In this document: piece by piece, positions 1-7,856 of the stretch
Layout of the letters: each line of letters opens with the position of its first letter
How positions within the stretch are numbered: the first letter of the stretch is position 1
Assembly (NCBI GenBank): GCA_044223005.1
Contig: JBGAML010000001.1
Coordinates: 416,001 to 480,000 of the forward strand
Length of the DNA: 64,000 nucleotides
Direction of reading: 5' to 3'
Source of the DNA: Candidatus Eiseniibacteriota bacterium
GTDB taxonomy: Bacteria > Eisenbacteria > RBG-16-71-46
Made by a program: the position numbers and the translations under genes
Notes under the pieces: model-generated
Database searches by the model: none
What the model was told of the DNA's origin: nothing
The model's input: only the letters and a program-made list of their open reading frames with translations

Positions 1-1506
1 CACACCGCCGGCATGACCGTGGTCGTGGGCACGGTCGAGCGCGACATCGATCTCTACAACGCCGCCGCGGTGCTGCACGACGGCCGCTGGATCGGCACGG
101 CGCGCAAGCGCTACCTGCCCAACTACGGCGTGTTCGACGAGAACCGCTACTTCATCGCCGAGAAGCGCGCGCACGTGTTCCGCCGCGGCGAGGTGACGTT
201 CGGCGTCAACGTCTGCGAGGACATCTGGATCGCGGGCGGCCCCGCCGAGGAGCAGGTGATCCGCGGCGGCGCCGAGCTGATCCTGAACGTCTCGGCGTCG
301 CCCTACGACGCGCGCAAGCCCGACGACCGCCGCCGCATGATCGCCACGCGCGCCGCGGACAACCTCGCCGTGGTCGCGTACGTGAACCTGGTCGGCGGGC
401 AGGACGAAGTGATCTTCGACGGCGGCAGCCTCGTGATCGACGAGCACGGCGAGCCGCTCGCGCAGGGCGCGATGTTCGCCGAGGACCTCGTGGTCGCCGA
501 CCTGGACCTGGACCGCGTCTTCGACGCCCGGCTGCACGACTCGCGCCTGCGCAAGGAACGCGCGCTGGACGACGAGGGCCCGCTGCGCGTGATCGACGTG
601 GGCGCGCTGCCCGCGCCGGCCGCCCGGCCCGCGCTGCCCGCGCGCTCCACGGCGCCCGCGCTCGACGGCGCCGCGGAGACCTACGCCGCGCTGCGGCTCG
701 GGCTGCACGACTACGTCGCCAAGAACGGCTTCAAGACCGTGGTGCTCGGGCTCTCGGGCGGCATCGACTCCGCGCTCACCGCCACGCTCGCCGCCGACGC
801 GCTCGGCGCCGCGAACGTGATCGGCGTCTCGATGCCGTCGGAGTACACGAGCGGCGAATCGATGACCGGCGCCGAGCAGCTCGCGAAAGCGCTCGGGATC
901 CGGCTGCTGACGATCCCCATCCGCGACGTGATGGCCGGCTACGAGAAGGCGCTCGCGCAGGCGTTCGCGGGCAAGGCGCCCGACATCACCGAGGAGAACC
1001 TGCAGGCGCGCATCCGCGGCAACTACCTGATGGCGCTCTCCAACAAGTTCGGCTGGCTCGTGCTCACCACGGGCAACAAGAGCGAGACGTCGGTCGGCTA
1101 CAGCACGCTCTACGGCGACACCGCGGGCGGATTCGCAGTGCTGAAGGACGTCTACAAGACGCAAGTCTACGAGCTCTCGCGCTGGCGCAACACGATCTCG
1201 CCCGTGATCCCCGAGCACACGATCGTGCGCCCGCCCACCGCCGAGCTGCGCCCCAACCAGACCGACCAGGATTCGCTGCCGCCCTACGACGTGCTGGACG
1301 CGATCCTGCGGCTCTACGTGGAAGAGGACCGCTCGCTCGCCGACATCGTGGCGAAGGGCTTCGACGAGGCCACGGTGAAGCGCGTCGCGCGACTCGTGGA
1401 CCTCGCCGAGTACAAGCGCCGCCAGAGCCCGCCCGGCATCAAGATCACGCCGCGCGCGTTCGGGAAAGATCGCCGGCTCCCGATCACGAACGGGTGGCGG
1501 GGGTAG
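1..1506 (+). CDS. nadE: Glutamine-dependent NAD+ synthetase (5' end lies upstream of the window)
   Basis: Nitrilase-like motifs KxYLPNYGVFDE and VCEDIW, then synthetase motifs LGLSGGIDS, ENLQARIRG, TGNKSE, PTAELRPNQTDQDSLPPY, EYKRRQ. The frame is open from base 1. Confidence 0.96.
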   Translation, partial: HTAGMTVVVGTVERDIDLYNAAAVLHDGRWIGTARKRYLPNYGVFDENRYFIAEKRAHVFRRGEVTFGVNVCEDIWIAGGPAEEQVIRGGAELILNVSASPYDARKPDDRRRMIATRAADNLAVVAYVNLVGGQDEVIFDGGSLVIDEHGEPLAQGAMFAEDLVVADLDLDRVFDARLHDSRLRKERALDDEGPLRVIDVGALPAPAARPALPARSTAPALDGAAETYAALRLGLHDYVAKNGFKTVVLGLSGGIDSALTATLAADALGAANVIGVSMPSEYTSGESMTGAEQLAKALGIRLLTIPIRDVMAGYEKALAQAFAGKAPDITEENLQARIRGNYLMALSNKFGWLVLTTGNKSETSVGYSTLYGDTAGGFAVLKDVYKTQVYELSRWRNTISPVIPEHTIVRPPTAELRPNQTDQDSLPPYDVLDAILRLYVEEDRSLADIVAKGFDEATVKRVARLVDLAEYKRRQSPPGIKITPRAFGKDRRLPITNGWRG

Positions 1507-1542
1507 GAGAACTCGCCACCGCGCCCCCCAGGCTAGGGACAA

Positions 1543-2049
1543 CTATCGCCCCACCGAGGGCCTCTTGGGTCGCACGGTGACCTCTCTGTAGAACCGGGCG
1601 CCTGGATGCACGATTGCCCCACATCGCATGTAGACAATGAACACGGGGCTGTCATTGATGTATGTCTCGCAGCGCAAGGTGTCATTGGCGGCGCTGACGA
1701 CGGTGATGGTGTGTCGCTCAACCGGAAGATCGATGCTCGCAAAGGCCTGGTTGCCGGCAGCAGCCGCGGTATCGCCATGCCCGTAGCATGGCGGCACGCC
1801 TTCCGTGACGTGCAAATAGTCGGTCGAATCCGACCAATGCTGCAGCTTCCCGGCAAGTTTGCCGTCGACATACACGCGGGCCTCGATCGCGTCGCTGTCG
1901 CCAAACCACGTGGTCGTTCGCCTCGTGCGGCCTGCGCAGGAGCACACGAGCACGACGAGCAGCAGGAAGGCGCGTCCGTATCGCCAAGACGTCACGGTCA
2001 AGCCTCTCGGGATCAAGCGAAGTACTCCAGGATCGTTGCGAGGGCGCAT
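1543..2049 (-). CDS. Hypothetical lipoprotein-like protein (start may be GTG at 1995)
   Basis: Hydrophobic stretch ending in a lipobox-like LVCSC, ordinary amino-acid composition, VYVDG beta-strand. Region is visibly lower in GC than its flanks. Confidence 0.5.
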   Translation of the reverse strand: MRPRNDPGVLRLIPRGLTVTSWRYGRAFLLLVVLVCSCAGRTRRTTTWFGDSDAIEARVYVDGKLAGKLQHWSDSTDYLHVTEGVPPCYGHGDTAAAAGNQAFASIDLPVERHTITVVSAANDTLRCETYINDSPVFIVYMRCGAIVHPGARFYREVTVRPKRPSVGR

Positions 2050-2178
2050 CTACTGAGAAGCGTGGACGCCACCAGAGGAAGCCCCATTCCCGCGCTCGGG
2101 ACTCTCACGCACGCGGACCGGCACAGCAAGTGTGCGTGGCGCTCCTCCCCGCGTGATCGGACGGCGCTCGCCTCGCCC

Positions 2179-3447
2179 TCAGTGTCCCGCCGCAGCTCCC
2201 GGTTCGCCCGGTGTCGGCGCCGAGGCGGCTGCCTTGCGGAACACGCCGCGCGTGAAGAACGCGATGCCGGCCATCGCGGTCAGCGTGAAGAGCGCGGCGA
2301 GCAGGAACGGCGCGCCGGGCAGGTAGAGATGGCCCGGGCGCGTGAAGTGGGCGAACGCGCCGGTCAGGATCGGTGGGCCCGTGATCGCGGCCAGGCTCTG
2401 CAGGCTCGCGACGCCGCCCTGGAGCTCGCCCTGCTCGTCGGCGGCCACGGTGCGTGAGAGCGTCGAGTTCATGGACGGGAACACCAGCCCCTGCAGCGCC
2501 GCCACGGTCATGACGGGATAGATCATCCAGCCGTGCGTCGCGAGCGCGTTGCCCGCGAAGCCGACGAGCCCCAGCGAGAGCCCGAGCAGGATCGCGCGCC
2601 GTTCGCCGATCTTCGGGATCAGCCGCCGCGTCACGAACGCCTGCGCCAGCGCCATCATGAGCCCCGTGTAGCCGAGCGAGGTGCCGATGGCGCCTTCGTG
2701 CCAGTGGAAGCGCTCGCGCGTGTAGAACGCCCACACGGAGGGATACGACTGGTGCGCGAGCATCCAGAAGAACCACGAGCCGAGCAGCGTCAGCGCGCCG
2801 CGCCGCCGGGCGAGCGAGCGCATGGTGCCGAACGGGTTCGCGCGCTTCAGGTCGAACGCGCGCCGCCGGTCGGCCGGCAGCGATTCGGGCAGCAGGAAGA
2901 AGCCGATCGCCGCGTTGAGCAGCGCCAGCACGCCGGCGGCGAAGAACGGCACGCGCGGCCCCAGCATGCCGAGCAGCCCGCCGAGCGCGGGCCCGAGGAT
3001 GAAGCCGGTGCCGAACGCGGCGCCCATCAGGCCGAACGTCTGCGCGCGGCGCTCGGGCGGCGTGATGTCCGTGAGGTAAGCGCTCGCGGGCACGAAGCTG
3101 GCGCCCGCCATGCCCGCAACCGCGCGGCTCGCGAACAACCAGCCGATGTTGGGCGCGAGTCCCATCACGATGTAGTCGGCGCCGAACGCGACCAGCGACG
3201 TGAGGATCACGGGCCGCCGCCCGAAGCGATCGCCGAGCCCGCCCATGACCGGCCCGAACAGGAACTGCATGCCCGCGAACGCGAACATGAGCCAGCCGCC
3301 GTAGCGCGCGGCCTCACCCACCGACACGTGCGTCAGGTCGGTGATGAGCCGCGGCATGACCGGCATCACGATGCCGAAGCCGATGACGTCGAGCAGCAGC
3401 GTCACCAGGACGATGGTGAGCGCGCGCTTTTCCTGCGAGGGGTTCAT
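2179..3447 (-). CDS. TCR/Tet-family (DHA1) MFS efflux transporter
   Basis: Starts MNPSQEKRALTIVLVTLLLDVIGFGIVMPVMP; MFS motif A GLGDRFGRRPV; motif C GFILGPALGG; about 12 TM segments. Confidence 0.92.
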   Translation of the reverse strand: MNPSQEKRALTIVLVTLLLDVIGFGIVMPVMPRLITDLTHVSVGEAARYGGWLMFAFAGMQFLFGPVMGGLGDRFGRRPVILTSLVAFGADYIVMGLAPNIGWLFASRAVAGMAGASFVPASAYLTDITPPERRAQTFGLMGAAFGTGFILGPALGGLLGMLGPRVPFFAAGVLALLNAAIGFFLLPESLPADRRRAFDLKRANPFGTMRSLARRRGALTLLGSWFFWMLAHQSYPSVWAFYTRERFHWHEGAIGTSLGYTGLMMALAQAFVTRRLIPKIGERRAILLGLSLGLVGFAGNALATHGWMIYPVMTVAALQGLVFPSMNSTLSRTVAADEQGELQGGVASLQSLAAITGPPILTGAFAHFTRPGHLYLPGAPFLLAALFTLTAMAGIAFFTRGVFRKAAASAPTPGEPGAAAGH

Positions 3448-3638
3448 GCGGAGCTTTCCGTGGTCGCGAAGGTGAAAGGGCGCGGCCACACCCGGCGGGG
3501 CGCGGGAAGCTAGCAGACGGCGGGCGGCGGCGCGAAGGGCGAATCGACCGGCGCGGCACGCGGGACGCGCCGACGGGCACCGCGGCCCACGGGCGGGCGC
3601 TCCGCGAGCGTCCGGACGACGGCGAGGACGGCCGCCCA

Positions 3639-4964
3639 CTACGCCGCCGACCGTCCGCCCGGCGGCCCGAGCAGGCGCAGCGCGGCGCGCACGCGCTCCT
3701 CGAGCGACGCGCCGTCCATGATCGGCGTGCGCAGGGCCACTTCGCGCGCTTCGCCCAGGCGCAGGCCGAGGCCGCGCAGCCATGGGACGAGCTCCTCGGC
3801 CGCGGCCCGGCGTGCGGCGTCCGCCGCCGCGGCGCGCTCGCGCTCGGCACGCGCCTCCACGCGCGCAGCGGCTTCACGCTCCTTCTCGGCCCGTGCCTGC
3901 TCGGCGCGTTCGGCGAGGAGCCGCTCGCGCTCGGCGCGACGGCGCTCCTGCTCGGCGCGGGCCGCTTCCCGCTTTCGCTCCATGAAACGCTTGCCGAACG
4001 CGCGCTCGGCCGCGAGCTGGTTGTGCGCGTGGCAGCGGAGCCGCAGGTTCGGTGGCGTGGATTCGCCGCCGAGCGCGCGCGAGATCACATGATCGAACTG
4101 CAGCTGCTTGCGGCATTCGCAGCGGCGGCCGGCATCGCTCTCATAGGTGCACTGGCCTCCGTCGCGCTGCCAGACCTCACGGCGCACGGCCTTCGGAATG
4201 TAGTCCGGATTTGCCGACGGTCGGCTCGTGGGGCGGGACGTACCGCCACCGAACTTCCGCTTCTCGAGCTTCTCGCGCCACGCGGCGACCATGTGCTCGA
4301 ACGCGCGAACCGGGTCGTGCGCGACGTCATACGCCGCGAGCGCGAGCGCGTCGCGGTAGGCGTCCGCGAGTTCGGCGGGCACTTCGAAACGAATGACGCG
4401 TCGCGTCGGAGCGGCCGGAGTTGGCTGGGCAGCGGTCTGCAGAACCGGCGCGACCGCTTGACCATTTCTGGAAATGACAGGATTTGAATCCTGTTCCCTC
4501 TCCGTGTTCGCAACGACTTGCGCGAGCAGATCCGGACCCTGCGCATCGCTCGCGGCCTTCGCGGCCCGGGTCGCAAGCAGCTCGCGAATCTCCCCGCACG
4601 ATCGGCGCGCCGAAGCTGCGATCAGCTCGTCGGCATTCCCGGGTTCGATGACCGCCGCGAGCATCAACACGGCGCTAAGGTGCAGCCGTCCATCCGCGAC
4701 CGCCGGCAGGAGCGCCGGCACCGCACGCACGGCCCGCGCCGCGAGGATCTTCTTGTCCGCCGAATCGGCGTCCATCCCCAGCTCGCCAACGAGGAACGCC
4801 GTCGTCGAGCCGTACGCCGCCTCGACGTAGAGCTTCCGCGCGTCGATCTCGGCGAGATGCTCGAGCAGTTCCGCGAGATTGACGGCGCGCGCCGCCAACA
4901 GCGAGCGCGTCTCCGAAACCAGGACCTGGGGCGTGAGCGAGAAGAGCGAGCGAACGGTCCGCAT
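3639..4964 (-). CDS. HNH endonuclease, DUF222/13E12-like N-terminus, RuvA-C-like tail
   Basis: RREVWQRDGGQC...C...LQFDH...GG...NLRLRCHAHN HNH motif; N-terminal LLEHLAEIDARKLY...GRLHLS; coiled coil, then LRGLGLRLGEA helical tail. Confidence 0.85.
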   Translation of the reverse strand: MRTVRSLFSLTPQVLVSETRSLLAARAVNLAELLEHLAEIDARKLYVEAAYGSTTAFLVGELGMDADSADKKILAARAVRAVPALLPAVADGRLHLSAVLMLAAVIEPGNADELIAASARRSCGEIRELLATRAAKAASDAQGPDLLAQVVANTEREQDSNPVISRNGQAVAPVLQTAAQPTPAAPTRRVIRFEVPAELADAYRDALALAAYDVAHDPVRAFEHMVAAWREKLEKRKFGGGTSRPTSRPSANPDYIPKAVRREVWQRDGGQCTYESDAGRRCECRKQLQFDHVISRALGGESTPPNLRLRCHAHNQLAAERAFGKRFMERKREAARAEQERRRAERERLLAERAEQARAEKEREAAARVEARAERERAAAADAARRAAAEELVPWLRGLGLRLGEAREVALRTPIMDGASLEERVRAALRLLGPPGGRSAA

Positions 4965-5343
4965 GAGCACATCCGCGTCGGGGGCGGGTGCGTGTCGAGC
5001 GCACGTGTTTTGTAGCACACGCGAAAACGGCCGCCGCAGTCGCGCGCACGTCGCGAGTTGACACGATTCGCGACAACTTCGCGGCGATCACGTGCGCGAG
5101 GCGTCGCACGCGCGGCGAAGGCGCGCAGGCGCGGAGCCGCGGATGCCACCGCGAGATCGAACTCGTGACGCGCGAAAACGTGTCAATGGCGGATTCCGCG
5201 GACACGTTCCGCGCGATCGCGCGGCATTCCCCCCACCGTCGCGGCGCGCCCCGCCGCCGCGACATCGCGCGCCCGCTCGCTCGCGCCCTCGCGCCGCGCG
5301 TGGCCCACACCCTCGCGCCGCCCGGCGGCCGCACCCTCGCCCC

Positions 5344-5380
5344 CAACACAAACCGCCGGCCCCCTCGCGGGAGCCGGCGG
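5344..5380 (-). terminator. Intrinsic terminator after the lipoprotein gene
   Basis: CCGCCGGC/GCCGGCGG stem (5353-5380) followed on the minus strand by TTTGTGTTG. Confidence 0.65.
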
Positions 5381-5403
5381 CTGCGTGCTGCGAAACGACG
5401 CGT

Positions 5404-5958
5404 CTACTTCCCGGCCGACACCACCGCGATCAGCGCGCCCTTCGACAGGTTGAAGTTGTAGCCGCCCGTCGCGACGGCGTAGAGATCGAAGCGGCCATCG
5501 CCCTTGATCTCGTTGATCAGCGTCTGGCGACCGACGAACAGCTTCGCCGAGTCGTTCCAGCCGACCTGGCGGGACGCGCCCGCCGCCAGCGTGACGGGGC
5601 CCCACAGGCGCACGCCGTTGGCGCGCACCGTGGCGTCCGTCGTGTAGACGGTCGTCGGAGTCGGGACGATGTAGAGCTCGATATCGGTCGAACTCGCCGC
5701 CGTGTTCGTGATCTTGCCCACGAACGCCAGGTCGGCCACGTCCTTCAGCTCCTTCTTGTGGTCCGAGTAGTCGCTCACCGTGTTCAGGTCGACCGGCACG
5801 CCGACCAGCGTGGTCGGACCGGTGATGGTGAGCGGATCGAGGCCGTGGTCGGCGAAGCTGTACGTCACGATCCACTGGCCCGAGATCAGGAAGCAGCCCG
5901 ATGCAACGAGGGCCGCGAGCAGCAGCGAAGGAATCCAGATGCGCAACGAGCGGTTCAT
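5404..5958 (-). CDS. Hypothetical lipoprotein
   Basis: MNRSLRIWIPSLLLAALVASGC lipobox; beta-rich mature domain; follows the OMP gene closely. Confidence 0.8.
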   Translation of the reverse strand: MNRSLRIWIPSLLLAALVASGCFLISGQWIVTYSFADHGLDPLTITGPTTLVGVPVDLNTVSDYSDHKKELKDVADLAFVGKITNTAASSTDIELYIVPTPTTVYTTDATVRANGVRLWGPVTLAAGASRQVGWNDSAKLFVGRQTLINEIKGDGRFDLYAVATGGYNFNLSKGALIAVVSAGK

Positions 5959-5975
5959 GGTTCGCTTGTCTCCCT

Positions 5976-6512
5976 TCACGGCATGCTGAACAGCGCGTAG
6001 GACACGCCGAGGGTGGCGTTACCGAACTTGCGGGACGCTTCGCCGTCCACGACGGCCTGCAACTCGCCGCGCAGGTCGATCGTGACCTTGGGCACCGGCG
6101 AGAAGCCGACGCCGAGGCCGAAGCTGTACGACGTGAACGAGTCGTCGATCGGATCGCGCTTGAGCTTGGTCTGGCCGACACCCGCGAACGGGTAGAACGA
6201 CACCGGACCGCCCATGGTGAGCAGCGCGTTCGCGCCGTACGACGTGACGTCGAAGCCCGAGCGCGTGTAGTCGATGCCCGCGATCGTCTGCGTCTTGTCG
6301 CCGAGGCTGCTCGACGCGTAGTACGGCTCGACGGTGATCAGCGGAACCAGCTTGACCGGTACGCGGACGCCGAACAGCGTGCCGTTACCGGTATCGTCCT
6401 GCAGCACCGGGGTGCTCGTTCCGGCGAACGCCCCGACACCGATGCTGCCGGCCCGCGCGGTCGCGGCCGTGACGGCCGTGAGCACGAGCAGCAGCGCGAT
6501 GAATCGCCTCAT
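5976..6512 (-). CDS. Outer-membrane beta-barrel protein (OmpA/OmpW-like, ~8 strands)
   Basis: Signal peptide ending ARA; amphipathic strands such as FYPFAGVG, FGLGVGF and LGVSY. Confidence 0.82.
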   Translation of the reverse strand: MRRFIALLLVLTAVTAATARAGSIGVGAFAGTSTPVLQDDTGNGTLFGVRVPVKLVPLITVEPYYASSSLGDKTQTIAGIDYTRSGFDVTSYGANALLTMGGPVSFYPFAGVGQTKLKRDPIDDSFTSYSFGLGVGFSPVPKVTIDLRGELQAVVDGEASRKFGNATLGVSYALFSMP

Positions 6513-6656
6513 GGTGCAACCTCCCGTGGTCGTTGCGTCCGGACGGGGAACGTGCCCGGAACGCGGCTGGGCCTCGGTGCCACACCGCGGCCACGATGCG
6601 GATGTTCTTCGGCCCGCCCGATGACGAACTTTCGCGGACCCGGCTGCGTGCTATGG

Positions 6657-7340
6657 CTACTGGCGCGTGTGCACGAGCCGTACCGTGGCGCCGCAATGGC
6701 GGCCCAGCAGGTCGGCGATTCGCCCCAGCATCGCCGACAGCTCGTCGCTGCGACGCTCGGCGGGGCTGAACACCACGGCCAGGATCGATGTCGTGCTCGT
6801 CGTCACCTGCGTTCGTGCGGAATCCGACGTCGGCGCGCCGAATGGCCCATCGTCGTCCGCGAGCAGCGGGCGATTCGAGAGGTTCACGCGAGCCTTGCGG
6901 ATGCCGTCGTACCCCTCACCCATGCGCCCCAGGCGCGCGAACACGGCATTTCGCACGAGGTCGCGATCGTAGAGCCCGAGTGAGAACTGGAACTCTAACG
7001 AAGCGAGGTTGCAGACGTCCACCACGGGATGGATTTCCGGGAGCGGCTTGCCCTGCAGCACGCGGCGCAGGAGCGCCTCGCTGGAGGGGCGCGTCTTGGT
7101 GGGGTCCACGCCGAGACGGTGGAACATGGCGCGGTTCTCGGCGACACCGGGCATGTCCGCGGGGGCCTTGCCGGCGTAGCGGCGCTGCAGCTGCGCGCAG
7201 GACGCGTCGCGTTCGGCGGCGAAATCGGCGCCCACGGGCTCGCGACGGACGCCATCGGCTTCGAGCCAGCCGAGCATCATCACGCCACGGAGAGCTTCGT
7301 CGATGTCGAGCGAAATGCCACCCGTGCGGGCGAGCGTCAT
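6657..7340 (-). CDS. Stand-alone B3/4 domain protein (PheRS-beta editing-like, putative aminoacyl-tRNA deacylase)
   Basis: GVDPTKTRPSSEALLRR, IHPVVDVCNLASL, GLYDRD and LADDDGPFG are typical B3/4 motifs. Strong SD GAGGAGG upstream of ATG 7340. Confidence 0.9.
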   Translation of the reverse strand: MTLARTGGISLDIDEALRGVMMLGWLEADGVRREPVGADFAAERDASCAQLQRRYAGKAPADMPGVAENRAMFHRLGVDPTKTRPSSEALLRRVLQGKPLPEIHPVVDVCNLASLEFQFSLGLYDRDLVRNAVFARLGRMGEGYDGIRKARVNLSNRPLLADDDGPFGAPTSDSARTQVTTSTTSILAVVFSPAERRSDELSAMLGRIADLLGRHCGATVRLVHTRQ

Positions 7341-7620
7341 CGCGGGAGTCCTCCTCGTCCGGCGGAAAGGGTGGCCGGGAACGTGCGAGGGATGGGACTC
7401 AACGAACGTCTGAAAGAGCGGGCGGCGGGAATTCCCTTTCCGACCCAATTCGTGGCCCGACGATGGACGCCGTGCCGTCGATTCGGCCAAAACTCATGTC
7501 ATCGCCGCCCGCCGGTTCGTGAGTCCCTCGGTCGATCGCGGATCGTCGCGCTCGAAGACCGCCGGCATCTTGCGCTGCTGTCGTGGCTCGTCGTGTGTGC
7601 AGCGCGCGGTGAAGCGTGTT
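7341..7620 (-). ncRNA. Candidate structured cis-regulatory leader (riboswitch-like) of the B3/4 gene
   Basis: Long stems 7515-7530/7386-7407 and 7503-7512/7418-7427; the 3' strand can alternatively pair with the SD region 7346-7357. Confidence 0.5.
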
Positions 7621-7626
7621 CGCTGC

Positions 7627-7655
7627 ACCATAGGGGCGATGCCGTGCGGGCGCAA
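7627..7655 (-). promoter_or_regulatory. Putative sigma70 promoter TTGCGC-N17-TATGGT
   Basis: Minus strand reads TTGCGC ccgcacggcatcgcccc TATGGT, about 285 nt upstream of the B3/4 start. Confidence 0.5.
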
Positions 7656-7684
7656 GCGATTCTTGACCGGAAACACGGATAATT

Positions 7685-7768
7685 CGCGCGCGCGTGTCGC
7701 GAAACTTTCGTGCCGACGCGTCGCATCACGCGTGACGAACGCGCGAAGTTTCGTGACGCGTGCGCGCG
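7685..7768 (+). repeat. Long inverted repeat (22-bp stem with three G-U pairs on the + strand)
   Basis: CGCGCGCGCGTGTCGCGAAACT (7685-7706) pairs with AGTTTCGTGACGCGTGCGCGCG (7747-7768). Confidence 0.75.
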
Positions 7769-7856
7769 TTTCGCTGGACGCACCACTGGCGGCGACGTCA
7801 CGCGCTGCGATGCATCGTGTCGCGCGACGTGGTGACGCACGACGAAACGACGTGCG

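Noticed and set aside
2179..3447. Calling the MFS gene an acquired tetA resistance determinant
   Set aside because: No tetR or mobile context; family membership does not establish the substrate.
7386..7530. Identification as 6S RNA, lysine riboswitch or guanidine riboswitch
   Set aside because: The rod with a central bubble is 6S-like but short and lacks recognisable 6S motifs. ATGAGT...GAAAGG recalls the lysine riboswitch P2, but AGAGG and P3-P5 are missing. No guanidine-class consensus was seen. Left as unclassified.
7663..7683. TTGACC...GATAAT as a + strand promoter
   Set aside because: Spacer is only 9 bp.
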